Below are positions 1 through 7,968 of a DNA stretch of 53,687 nucleotides, piece after piece. The notes beneath the pieces are model-generated. The model saw only the letters and a list, made by a program, of their open reading frames with translations. It made no database searches and was not told where the DNA came from. Source of the stretch: a virus (taxonomy: Duplodnaviria > Caudoviricetes); IMG/VR virus record IMGVR_UViG_3300037462_000020, positions 1 through 53,687 of that record; one strand, written 5' to 3'. Position numbers and translations under genes: made by a program. How positions within the stretch are numbered: the first letter of the stretch is position 1; every line of letters begins with the position of its first letter.

Positions 1-2
1 GA

Positions 3-452
3 AAGTGGGGACGAATGGGAGAGAGTGCCGCTGCGGCGGGCGTCTCCAAGCAGACGGTCCGGAAAGCCCTCGAGGATGATGAAGACTTCGCCGAGGCTGT
101 GATGGCGTGTGAAGAGGAATACAAGGACAAGCTGATCGCCCATCATCAGAACCTCGTCTTCAATGGGCAGGAGAAGGTGAACTATGACCGAAATGGCAAC
201 ATCGTCTCCAGGGAGCAGATTTTTCCAATTCGGCTCATCGAGCTCGAATTGAAAAAACATGATAAGGGATACCGAGAGAAGATCGAGCAAGAGATCACTC
301 ACAAGGGCGGTGTTCTCGTGGCTCCTGCTGAGATGAAGACGATTGACGATTGGGAGAGCCGATTCGCCCGAGCGAAGGACGTCACTCCTGGGCAAGCTGC
401 CGAAGAGCCGACAAAGATGATTGATACGACTGATGAGGAAGAGCCGTTCTAA
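3..452 (+). CDS. terS: terminase small subunit (probably 5'-truncated by the window edge)
   Basis: HTH-like N-terminus (AAAAGVSKQTVRKALEDDEDF), LIELELK..DKGYRE segment; frame open to window start; lies upstream of terL. Confidence 0.7.
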   Translation, partial: KWGRMGESAAAAGVSKQTVRKALEDDEDFAEAVMACEEEYKDKLIAHHQNLVFNGQEKVNYDRNGNIVSREQIFPIRLIELELKKHDKGYREKIEQEITHKGGVLVAPAEMKTIDDWESRFARAKDVTPGQAAEEPTKMIDTTDEEEPF

Positions 453-612
453 TCGGTATCTTCGTCTGTCGACATATCATCTTCTTCATCTTCCCGGTCA
501 TCTTCATCATCCGTCTGACGATAAATATGATCGACGATGAAGATGATGATGACCGAGAGGAGAGAAGAACGAGGCTCATTCGACATAACGATGCTTGATC
601 GACATAAATGAC

Positions 613-641
613 TTGCATCCATAGGTTCTTGGACATAAAGT
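613..641 (+). promoter_or_regulatory. sigma70-type promoter
   Basis: TTGCAT-17-TAAAGT, followed by a leader hairpin at 649-667 and RBS AAGGAGG. Confidence 0.65.
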
Positions 642-685
642 TGTCTTACCAAGGCGCGGTGCCTTGGGAACCCAAGGAGGCTACC

Positions 686-901
686 ATGATCCAGAAATCC
701 CTTACCCTCTCGCTCGCCGCTGGTCGCTCGGTCTTCGTTGGCAAGCTGGCCGACACCTGTGACGCTCTGCGCCGCGAAGTCGCGATGCTCACCACGCTCT
801 ACAGCCGCGATGGTGGCATGATCACGGTCTGCCGCCCCGCTTTCGCGGCTGGCTGTGAAACGCCCAGCGCCGTTCGCGCCATGATCCGTCGTGATCGCTG
901 A
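686..901 (+). CDS. hypothetical early protein (71 aa)
   Basis: Strong RBS AAGGAGG before ATG 686, downstream of the promoter. Confidence 0.7.
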   Translation: MIQKSLTLSLAAGRSVFVGKLADTCDALRREVAMLTTLYSRDGGMITVCRPAFAAGCETPSAVRAMIRRDR

Positions 902-1065
902 TGAAGGCGCTGCTCATCGCTCTGTGGGGCCTGTGCCCCACAGAGGACGCGACGAACTGCGTGTGGGACGCAAAGACCCAAGGCAATGGAGAGGGCATCT
1001 CGTTCTTTGCCCTTGACGTTCCTGGCCGAGAGGTTGAACTTCTGCTTCTCTTGGGCTCCCACTGA
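901..1065 (+). CDS. small hypothetical protein (54 aa) with C..ED..NC.WDA...GNG.G.SF motif
   Basis: TGATG coupling to the previous ORF; motif recalled from small phage proteins; below the ORF-track cutoff. Confidence 0.6.
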   Translation: MKALLIALWGLCPTEDATNCVWDAKTQGNGEGISFFALDVPGREVELLLLLGSH

Positions 1066-1216
1066 CGAACGATGATGGTCGGTCTTCCTGCGTGGAGGAC
1101 CGACTGAGACCGAGGAGCCGACTGAGGAAGATGATGAGGAACCGATAGAGCAGATTGATACGACTGAAGATGAAGACGAAGATCGTCCCTCGGTCGGCTC
1201 GTCGGCCCGCTGCGTC

Positions 1217-1276
1217 GCAGCGTCGTATTCATCATCCTCTATGCTGCGGTGCAGCGTCGTATTCATCATCCTCTAT
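1217..1276 (+). repeat. 26-bp direct repeat GCAGCGTCGTATTCATCATCCTCTAT x2, with a degenerate copy near 1291
   Basis: Read directly from the sequence. Confidence 0.85.
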
Positions 1277-1483
1277 CTAAACGGTCCGGTTCGTATTCAT
1301 CTTCATCAATCTATACCGTCCAGTTCATATTCATGTCTTCATCTATATCAATATCTGCATCCGTTCTGGCAACGCATTGTTTTTATCCTCCGGTCCAAAC
1401 TGCCTTACTTTTGCCACAATTGGGGGCCATACAGGGTCCATGGCAAGCGCGGTGCTTGCCTGCTAACACAAAGGGTCTACCAA

Positions 1484-1909
1484 ATGGCTACCACCAAAAC
1501 CGCCCCCGCCCCCGTTGCCGCCGCTAAGGCCGCCCCCGCCCCCGCCCCCGTTGCCGCCCCCGTTGCGGCCCCGCTGGCCCCGCAAGCCCCGCTGTTTACC
1601 TTTGCGCCCTACAGCCCCGCCGCTGGCATGGGCTGGCCCGCCAAGGCCATGCAGGGCGCAACGGTGCGCGCCTATTGCGCCAAGGTGGCGCAGGCGCTGG
1701 CCAAGGCACAGCCCAACGGCTTTACCGTGGCACAGTATGCCGCCGCGCTGGCCGCTGCACAGCCCGGCACCACCTACCGCCTGCCCGCCAATGGCTTTGG
1801 CAATGCCGCCAACGGTGGCCAGCCCAACGCCACGGCCCGCCAGCACGCCACTTGGTTTGCTAACACTGGCCGTTACCTTGTGCCCGCTGGCACGGTGGCC
1901 AAGGGCTAA
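1484..1909 (+). CDS. Ala/Pro-rich basic protein (141 aa) with no Asp or Glu, inside a GA/TC-free island
   Basis: ATG 1484 after a leader hairpin and AAGGG; protein-like C-terminal domain; palindrome after the stop. Confidence 0.7.
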   Translation: MATTKTAPAPVAAAKAAPAPAPVAAPVAAPLAPQAPLFTFAPYSPAAGMGWPAKAMQGATVRAYCAKVAQALAKAQPNGFTVAQYAAALAAAQPGTTYRLPANGFGNAANGGQPNATARQHATWFANTGRYLVPAGTVAKG

Positions 1910-1925
1910 GGCCCGCCACGCCACA

Positions 1926-1951
1926 GGCCAGCCCCCGCGCGGGGGCTGGCC
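1926..1951. repeat. perfect 26-bp palindrome GGCCAGCCCCCGCGCGGGGGCTGGCC (terminator-like or protein-binding site)
   Basis: Self-complementary; 16 bp after the stop of 1484-1909; no U tract. Confidence 0.8.
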
Positions 1952-1982
1952 ACCCTGCCACCCCTAGCACAAGGCCCAAGCC

Positions 1983-2168
1983 ATGCCCCGCCCCTACAGC
2001 CCCCGCCCCTACGCTACACGCAAGGCCAGCCCCCGCGCCAAGGCCAGCCCCGCCCCCGCCGTGCTGGCCCCCGCCGTGCTGGCCGTGCTGGCCGTGGTCG
2101 GCGTCTGGTATATGCTGGCCCCCATGCTGGCCCATATCCAGTCCGCTCTGGCCGTGGCCATGCCATAG
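1983..2168 (+). CDS. small membrane protein (61 aa) with no Asp or Glu
   Basis: Basic N-terminus plus hydrophobic helix AVLAVLAVVGVWYMLA. Confidence 0.5.
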   Translation: MPRPYSPRPYATRKASPRAKASPAPAVLAPAVLAVLAVVGVWYMLAPMLAHIQSALAVAMP

Positions 2169-2327
2169 GCGCTAGGCGCTAGGGGCTGGCCAAGGCTGGC
2201 CCCGAACGGCTGGCCACCCTGCCACCCCGCCCCACGAACGGCACCCGCCGATTGCACCCCGGCCCCGCGTCCGCTCCCCCACGGTTCACCCGCTTCCCTG
2301 AACATTCTTCGAAAGACAACCGAACGC

Positions 2328-2356
2328 TTGTCATACACCCCACCCCATGCTAAGAT
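2328..2356 (+). promoter_or_regulatory. sigma70-type promoter
   Basis: TTGTCA-17-TAAGAT with GC before the -10, matching other promoters in the window. Confidence 0.75.
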
Positions 2357-2376
2357 CGTCTGAGGAGGATCTTAGC

Positions 2377-2574
2377 ATGTCCCAAAAATTCGAAGAGAAA
2401 CCCTCGTCCTACGAGATTCATGAGAATGCGCTCGCTGAGAGATGGAAGTCAGAAGGAAAGCAGCGAGTGCATTTCTGCCCTGAATGGGACTATCTACCGA
2501 TTCATGAGGAATCGGTAGAATTCGAGGCTTGTCTATGCGGCCTCAATGATGCACCCTGCAACACGAGCCCTTGA
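2377..2574 (+). CDS. hypothetical protein (HFCPEWD...C.C motif)
   Basis: RBS GAGGAGG, ATG 2377. Confidence 0.7.
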   Translation: MSQKFEEKPSSYEIHENALAERWKSEGKQRVHFCPEWDYLPIHEESVEFEACLCGLNDAPCNTSP

Positions 2575-2887
2575 TCTTTTTGAGATCCGCGGCTCGTGTG
2601 TGCGCTCTTTGGGATCAAACGCGATGCTTGATGTGCTTGTGATCATTCCGACATGCGGTCTAGCCCGTTGGAGAAACGACAACTCCGAGCAGATCGCCTT
2701 CATTCAGCTTGGAACTCAAACCGGTCGGTTCGAGGACGGAAAGAAGTTTCGATTCGTGGTCATTAATGACCACGATTGGCTGGACCGTCTGCGCGGTATT
2801 CGGTTTCGTGAATATCGTATCGAGCGTGGATGCAACCTCACGACGCGAGAAATCTCGGCGCTGCAAGCGATGATGCAGATATCATGA
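2546..2887 (+). CDS. hypothetical protein
   Basis: ORF overlapping both neighbours in an operon-like arrangement. Confidence 0.55.
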   Translation: MMHPATRALDLFEIRGSCVRSLGSNAMLDVLVIIPTCGLARWRNDNSEQIAFIQLGTQTGRFEDGKKFRFVVINDHDWLDRLRGIRFREYRIERGCNLTTREISALQAMMQIS

Positions 2888-3243
2888 TCAAGTTCGATCA
2901 ACAGATCTTGAGCGACCACGATAAGGGTTTCTACGGAGACTGTCTCCGAGCGTGTGTCTACACTCTGCTTCAGAAGGACATCGATCTTCCTCATCCCGTG
3001 AAGGGAGTGGGTGAGTGGAATTTCGATTTCTTCGATGATCTGGAACGGAAGACCGGAAAGGAACTTCTGTTTCAGCCTCGCGAGAAGGAGCATTGGCCGG
3101 AGTTGGTCATTCGAACAGGAAAGTCACCTCGCGACATATATCACGCGGTGGTCTGGCACAGATTATCTGGAACTATGTTTCACGATCCACACCCGAGCCG
3201 CTCTGGGCTTGTCACCTTCACCGGATGGTATGTCTTGAAATGA
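2884..3243 (+). CDS. hypothetical phage protein (GDCLRAC...HAVV...HDPHP)
   Basis: ATGA overlaps at both ends; Cys/His pattern suggests a papain-like fold. Confidence 0.7.
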   Translation: MIKFDQQILSDHDKGFYGDCLRACVYTLLQKDIDLPHPVKGVGEWNFDFFDDLERKTGKELLFQPREKEHWPELVIRTGKSPRDIYHAVVWHRLSGTMFHDPHPSRSGLVTFTGWYVLK

Positions 3244-4760
3244 ACATGCGCTTTCCCGACAACGTGGTATGGAGGCCGATGGCTGGATCTCAAGAAGCAT
3301 TCTTGAGTTCCACTCCTATCTTTGAGGTGCTGTTCGAAGGCACTCGCGGCGGCGGTAAAACCGACTGCCTTCTCATGTCGTTCGGAATGCACGTCGGAAA
3401 AGGATTCGGAGCCGCCTGGAAGGGAATCATATTCAGGCAAACGTATAAACAGTTGACTGATATTATCAGTAAGACTCAGAAATGGTTTCCGATGATCTGG
3501 CCGGAGGCGAAGTTCAACCATTCGGAACACGTTTGGACGTGGCCGACTGGAGAGAAGCTTCTGCTTCGGCAGTTTGCCAAACCAGATGACTACTGGAACT
3601 ATCACGGTCACGAATATCCGTTCATCGCGTGGGAAGAACTCTGCAACTGGCCCACGGACGAGGGCTATAAGAGAATGTTTTCGTGCTGCCGATCCTCGAC
3701 AAAAGGTATGCCGAGGATGGTTCGCGCCACGACGAACCCGTATGGTCCCGGTCACAATTGGGTGAAGCATCGGTTCAAACCGAACACGATGTCGATGATC
3801 GTTCGGCGCGATATTCTGGATGAGGAAGGTCGCCTCGAACCTCCTCGGCTCAGCATCCACTCGCATATCGACGAAAACCGCGCTCTGCTTGAGGCCGATC
3901 CCGATTACAAGCAGAAGATTGCTGCATCGGCTCGGAATGAAGCGGAACGGAAGGCATGGCTGGACGGCTCCTGGGATATCGTCGCGGGCGGTATGTTCGA
4001 CGACGTCTGGAATCCCAAGTGGAACGTGGTTGAGCCATTCGACATTCCCGACAACTGGAGACTAACGAGATCGTTCGACTGGGGCGACTCGAAGCCCTTC
4101 TCCGTGGGCTGGTGGGCCGTCTCCGATGGAAGCGACGTCCAACTCCGAGATGGAAGTTGGAGATCAACGATGCGCGGAGATCTGTTCCGAGTTCGGGAAT
4201 GGTATGGCTGCACAGGAAAGCCCAACGAGGGACTTCAGATGCTCGCGACTGACATCGCGGCTGGCATCGTGGAGCGAGAACTCGAGTGGGGATGGCGCGA
4301 ACGTGGAAACAACTGGTGCCGAGTGAAGGGCGGCGTCGCGGACTCGCAGATTTTTGTAGCTGAGAACGGAAACTGCATCGCAACGGACATGAAAGTTCGT
4401 GTCCGACTGGATGATGGCTTCAAATATCCTGGAATTCAGTGGTTTCCGGCTGACAAAAGGCCCGGATCGCGCAAAACTGGATGGGTTCAGATGCGTCAGA
4501 GGATGAAAAATGCTCATCCGAACATCAAGAAACACCCTCGTGACCCCGAAAAACTCATGGTTTATCCCCGTGAGAACCCTGGAATGTTCATTTTCAGTCA
4601 CTGCATGTCCTTCATCGACCTCATTCCGGTGCTTCCGAGGGACGAAAAGGACATGGATGACGTGAACACTGACGCCGAAGATCACGTCGCTGACGAATCT
4701 CGGTATCTCGTGCGTTACGTTTCCACTCTTGGGTCATCCGGAACTGTCACCGGTGTCTAA
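3240..4760 (+). CDS. terL: terminase large subunit
   Basis: Walker A-like GTRGGGKT, Walker B FIAWEE, ATTNPYGPGH coupling motif, nuclease motifs SFDWG and EDHVADE. Confidence 0.95.
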   Translation: MNMRFPDNVVWRPMAGSQEAFLSSTPIFEVLFEGTRGGGKTDCLLMSFGMHVGKGFGAAWKGIIFRQTYKQLTDIISKTQKWFPMIWPEAKFNHSEHVWTWPTGEKLLLRQFAKPDDYWNYHGHEYPFIAWEELCNWPTDEGYKRMFSCCRSSTKGMPRMVRATTNPYGPGHNWVKHRFKPNTMSMIVRRDILDEEGRLEPPRLSIHSHIDENRALLEADPDYKQKIAASARNEAERKAWLDGSWDIVAGGMFDDVWNPKWNVVEPFDIPDNWRLTRSFDWGDSKPFSVGWWAVSDGSDVQLRDGSWRSTMRGDLFRVREWYGCTGKPNEGLQMLATDIAAGIVERELEWGWRERGNNWCRVKGGVADSQIFVAENGNCIATDMKVRVRLDDGFKYPGIQWFPADKRPGSRKTGWVQMRQRMKNAHPNIKKHPRDPEKLMVYPRENPGMFIFSHCMSFIDLIPVLPRDEKDMDDVNTDAEDHVADESRYLVRYVSTLGSSGTVTGV

Positions 4761-4812
4761 TCGCAAGATATAACAATTGTCAGAAACGGCAGAATGTGCC
4801 ATTTCTGACAGT

Positions 4813-6336
4813 ATGACCACACTCAGCTCGAAACACCCTCAGTATTCTGCTGTCCTACCGGACTGGACGCTGATGCGCGATGCGTATCGGGGCGCTCGTC
4901 AGGTCAAGAACAAGGGTGCGCTGTATCTGCCTCCGACCAAGGCTCACATCATCGATGGATATGGGACCAACAAGGAGTCTGTCGGTCAAAAGGATTATGA
5001 GGCTTACAAGCTGCGGGCTCGTTTCCCGAACTTTGTGCGTGAAGCGGTCCAGATGGCGATCGGCATGATGCACAGTCAGCCTCCGATCATCGAAATGCCC
5101 AAGGCGATGCAGGGTATCAAGAGTTCGAAGGGTGAGCCACTGGAGGCTCTTCTTCGCAAGATCAACACCGAGCAGTTGATCACTGGACGCGTCGGCATCA
5201 TGGCTGACCTTCCGACCAATCCCGCTCCCGGAGAAGATCTGCCGTATCTGGCGACTTATGTCACGGAGCGAGTGATCAATTGGGACGATGGCCGTGTCGA
5301 GCAGATCGTTCCGCAGACGCTGAACTTCGTCGTTCTGGACGAGAGCGAGCAGCAGCGTATCACCGGCTTCGAATGGGAAGCCAAAGAGAAGTATCGAGTT
5401 CTCATCATCGGCGACGAACTACAGAACGAGACTCGTGGTCTCTATGTTCAGGCGGTCTTCGAAGAAGAGATGTATGATCCTTCGAAGCTGAAAGCGCCGT
5501 CGTGGCGGGGTCGAACTCTCGAGAAGATTCCGTTCGTGTTCGTGAACTCCTGTGATATCACGAGCGATGTCGATGATCCACCGCTGCTGGATCTCGGCGA
5601 TATCTGCATGGCGATCTATCGCGGCGAGGCCGACTATCGCCACAATCTCTACATGCAGGGTCAGGATACGCTGGTCACCATCGGCGGTGGCTTCGAAGAT
5701 ACCGATAAGGTTCGTGTCGGCGCGGGCGCTCGTCTCGATCTGCCCCAAGGTGCTGATGCGAAGTATATCGGAGTGAACTCCGCTGGTCTCCAGGAACAGC
5801 GTGAGGCCCTTGGGCGTTTGGAATCTCGGGCGGGTTCCATGGGCGCTCAAACTCTGGACACCACCTCCAGGGAACGCGAGAGCGGCGACTCGTTGCGGAT
5901 CCGAGTCGCCGCCCGCACGGCCGATATGAACCAGATCGTCGAATCGGGGGCGCTCGCTCTCGAGAACATTCTGAAGATCTGTGCTGAATGGATGGGCGAG
6001 AACCCTGAGGAAGTCAAGGTCAAGCCCAACAAGGAATTCGGCGAGATGCCGCTCACTGGCCAGACGATGGTCGAAATGGCGACGGCTCGCAACCTCGGCT
6101 TCCCGATCAGTGCGAAGACGATGCACGACCTTGCTCGCAAGCGTCGCATCACTCAGCGCACTTACGAAGAAGAATTGGCTGAGGCGAAGAAGGAAGATTC
6201 TATGGAGGACTTCCCCTTCGCCAAGGCTGATACGGGTGATCGCTCGGAAGATCAACCGAACGACGACCCGGACAACCCGCGCTCTGGAAAGCAAGGGTCA
6301 CAACAACAGAAACCGCCGAGTGAATCGGCTAAATAG
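4813..6336 (+). CDS. portal protein (DUF4055-like)
   Basis: Follows terL; HPQY...LYLP...Y..Y..RA.F.N, IPFVF and PPLLDL motifs. Confidence 0.9.
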   Translation: MTTLSSKHPQYSAVLPDWTLMRDAYRGARQVKNKGALYLPPTKAHIIDGYGTNKESVGQKDYEAYKLRARFPNFVREAVQMAIGMMHSQPPIIEMPKAMQGIKSSKGEPLEALLRKINTEQLITGRVGIMADLPTNPAPGEDLPYLATYVTERVINWDDGRVEQIVPQTLNFVVLDESEQQRITGFEWEAKEKYRVLIIGDELQNETRGLYVQAVFEEEMYDPSKLKAPSWRGRTLEKIPFVFVNSCDITSDVDDPPLLDLGDICMAIYRGEADYRHNLYMQGQDTLVTIGGGFEDTDKVRVGAGARLDLPQGADAKYIGVNSAGLQEQREALGRLESRAGSMGAQTLDTTSRERESGDSLRIRVAARTADMNQIVESGALALENILKICAEWMGENPEEVKVKPNKEFGEMPLTGQTMVEMATARNLGFPISAKTMHDLARKRRITQRTYEEELAEAKKEDSMEDFPFAKADTGDRSEDQPNDDPDNPRSGKQGSQQQKPPSESAK

Positions 6337-6346
6337 GAGATAGGGT

Positions 6347-7177
6347 ATGGACCCGCTCGAACTTGAGTATGACAGCCTTTCGGCTGTTCCCGAAGCTTTC
6401 CGCGGTCTCTTCAGTGAGAAAGATGGCAAGGCTGTTCTGACCGGAATCAACGGTCTGAAGACCCAGAACGACATCAACAATCTGCAAGAGGCCCTCCGCA
6501 AGGAGCGCAGTGATCACGCCGCTGCCAAGGCCGCGCTGCATCCCTGGAATTCTTTCGGCAAGAAGCCCGAGGAACTTCAGGCTCAGCTCGATCGCATCGC
6601 TGAACTCGAGGCTGCCGCCTCTGGCAAGGTCGATGACAAGAAGCTGAACGAACTGGTCGAAGCCCGTCTTGGGCAGAAGGTCGGCCCGATCGAGCGTCAA
6701 CTTCGGGAGAATACCACTCTCCTGGAAACCGTCACCCGCGAGCGGGACACTTTCCGCGATCAGCTTTTCCGTCGCGAGATGACCGACATCGTTCGCAACA
6801 TCGCCACCGAGATGAAGGTGGTTCCCAGCGCGATGGCCGACGTCGAACTCTTCGCTCAGTTCGCTCTGGAGCGTCAAGAGGATGGCACCTTCATCACGAA
6901 GTCTGGCATTCCCGGCGTGACGCCTGGAGTCGACGCCAAGACTCTGCTTCGTGAGATGCAGAAACAGCGGCCTCACTGGTGGCCTGCCTCGGCCGGAGGC
7001 GGTGCTGGTGGCGGAACGGGTGGCATCAACGGTGACAAGAACCCGTGGTCGGCTCAGCACTGGAATCTCACCGAGCAGGGCAAGATCGTCCGCGAGCATG
7101 GCATGGCCAAGGCTCAGGAACTGGCGAAACTCGCTGGTTCTCACGTCGGCGCGACGAAGCCTGCACAGAAAAAGTGA
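6347..7177 (+). CDS. capsid scaffolding protein
   Basis: Coiled-coil body; C-terminal PHWW..S.GGGAGG and NPWS...WNLTEQ motifs. Confidence 0.85.
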   Translation: MDPLELEYDSLSAVPEAFRGLFSEKDGKAVLTGINGLKTQNDINNLQEALRKERSDHAAAKAALHPWNSFGKKPEELQAQLDRIAELEAAASGKVDDKKLNELVEARLGQKVGPIERQLRENTTLLETVTRERDTFRDQLFRREMTDIVRNIATEMKVVPSAMADVELFAQFALERQEDGTFITKSGIPGVTPGVDAKTLLREMQKQRPHWWPASAGGGAGGGTGGINGDKNPWSAQHWNLTEQGKIVREHGMAKAQELAKLAGSHVGATKPAQKK

Positions 7178-7179
7178 CC

Positions 7180-7208
7180 TTGCTCTAGCCCTGCCCTTGC
7201 GCTATGGT
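7180..7208 (+). promoter_or_regulatory. sigma70-type promoter
   Basis: TTGCTC-17-TATGGT. Confidence 0.55.
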
Positions 7209-7213
7209 GTAGG

Positions 7214-7313
7214 GGCGGGGCGGGGTCTGGTAGCCTACCGCCACGCATGGCTTGCAGCGTCACCGCCGCTGTAACACGAACGGCCCCGGCGCTTCATTGA
7301 GCCGGGGTCGTTT
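7214..7313 (+). ncRNA. candidate ~100-nt small RNA
   Basis: Promoter upstream, internal hairpin TTGCAGCG/CGCTGTAA, terminator at the end, no credible ORF. Confidence 0.35.
7279..7313 (+). terminator. intrinsic terminator
   Basis: AACGGCCCCGGC...GCCGGGGTCGTTT. Confidence 0.7.
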
Positions 7314-7328
7314 CGCATGTAAATCAAT

Positions 7329-7357
7329 TTGTCTGAAAACAAGTCTTGTGCTACGAT
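7329..7357 (+). promoter_or_regulatory. sigma70-type promoter
   Basis: TTGTCT-17-TACGAT. Confidence 0.65.
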
Positions 7358-7379
7358 CCCTCAAAATCCGAGGAACAGC

Positions 7380-7673
7380 ATGACTTCTCCAATCTTCAAA
7401 ATTGGTGACACGATCAAAGTCGTTTCTCGGCTATTCGAGGATGATGGCACTCCTTTTCCGATCAACACCAAGGTCATTCGGTCTGTTCTGAAGAAAGGCA
7501 ATGAAGAAATCGTCGGCGTGAATCAGCTGACCGATAACTTCACGGTCATCACAATCTTCCAGACAACCGGAGCGACGGCTGGTCGCTATCAGACTGATAT
7601 CCGTTTCACGGAAGGAACCGAATCTTTCTCGACGCCAGTGGTGGTCGTCGATGTCGGACCGAGGATCAGCTGA
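7380..7673 (+). CDS. putative virion protein (beta-rich, BppU/Ig-like)
   Basis: RBS GAGGA; G.Y..DIRF motif. Confidence 0.6.
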   Translation: MTSPIFKIGDTIKVVSRLFEDDGTPFPINTKVIRSVLKKGNEEIVGVNQLTDNFTVITIFQTTGATAGRYQTDIRFTEGTESFSTPVVVVDVGPRIS

Positions 7674-7966
7674 TGAGAGTAGAGCAGGAATTCTCTGAAC
7701 TCTTCAGCTTGGATGCGCGGGTCTTCAAGATCACGAACCAGATGGCGTTCGTGGTCAACGCCGGAGGATCCTCTCTTCCCTACGTTCATACTCAGTCTTC
7801 GCCTTCCACCACTTGGGTCGTCAACCACAATCTCGGCTATCGTCCAGTCATTGAAGTTCTGAGTCCTGGTGGTATTGTCGTAGGTGCTGATGTCGTCCAT
7901 GTGTCTGTCAATCAGGCGCAAATCAACTTCAACAATCCCCAGACTGGGACCGTAACCGCGAGGTAA
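7673..7966 (+). CDS. putative virion fibre-associated protein
   Basis: YVHTQSSPSTTWVVNHNLGYRP motif typical of small phage fibre domains. Confidence 0.7.
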   Translation: MRVEQEFSELFSLDARVFKITNQMAFVVNAGGSSLPYVHTQSSPSTTWVVNHNLGYRPVIEVLSPGGIVVGADVVHVSVNQAQINFNNPQTGTVTAR

Positions 7967-7968
7967 TC

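Noticed and set aside
449-652. Minus-strand ORF with a very acidic tail (possible DNA mimic)
   Set aside because: It has no clear RBS, runs opposite to all other genes, and its acidity follows from the TC-rich tract. Not fully excluded.
1217-1310. Possible mini CRISPR array
   Set aside because: Only two full repeats separated by 8 bp, no spacer-sized unique sequences, and no cas genes.
1241-1967. Longer start at 1241 and alternative-frame ORFs 1515..1967 and 1463..1924
   Set aside because: The upstream part crosses the repeat tract and leader hairpin. The alternative frames are Pro/Arg- or Gly-rich by-products of GC-rich sequence lacking TGA stops.
1477-2098. Islands as assembly artefacts or horizontally acquired high-GC DNA
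   Set aside because: Two islands keep the reading frame of their host genes and three share spaced motifs. Foreign high-GC DNA would still contain GA/TC.
4777-4810. Portal start at TTG 4777
   Set aside because: The region is an inverted repeat (TGTCAGAAA/TTTCTGACA) with a promoter-like TTGTCA. ATG 4813 fits the family N-terminus better.
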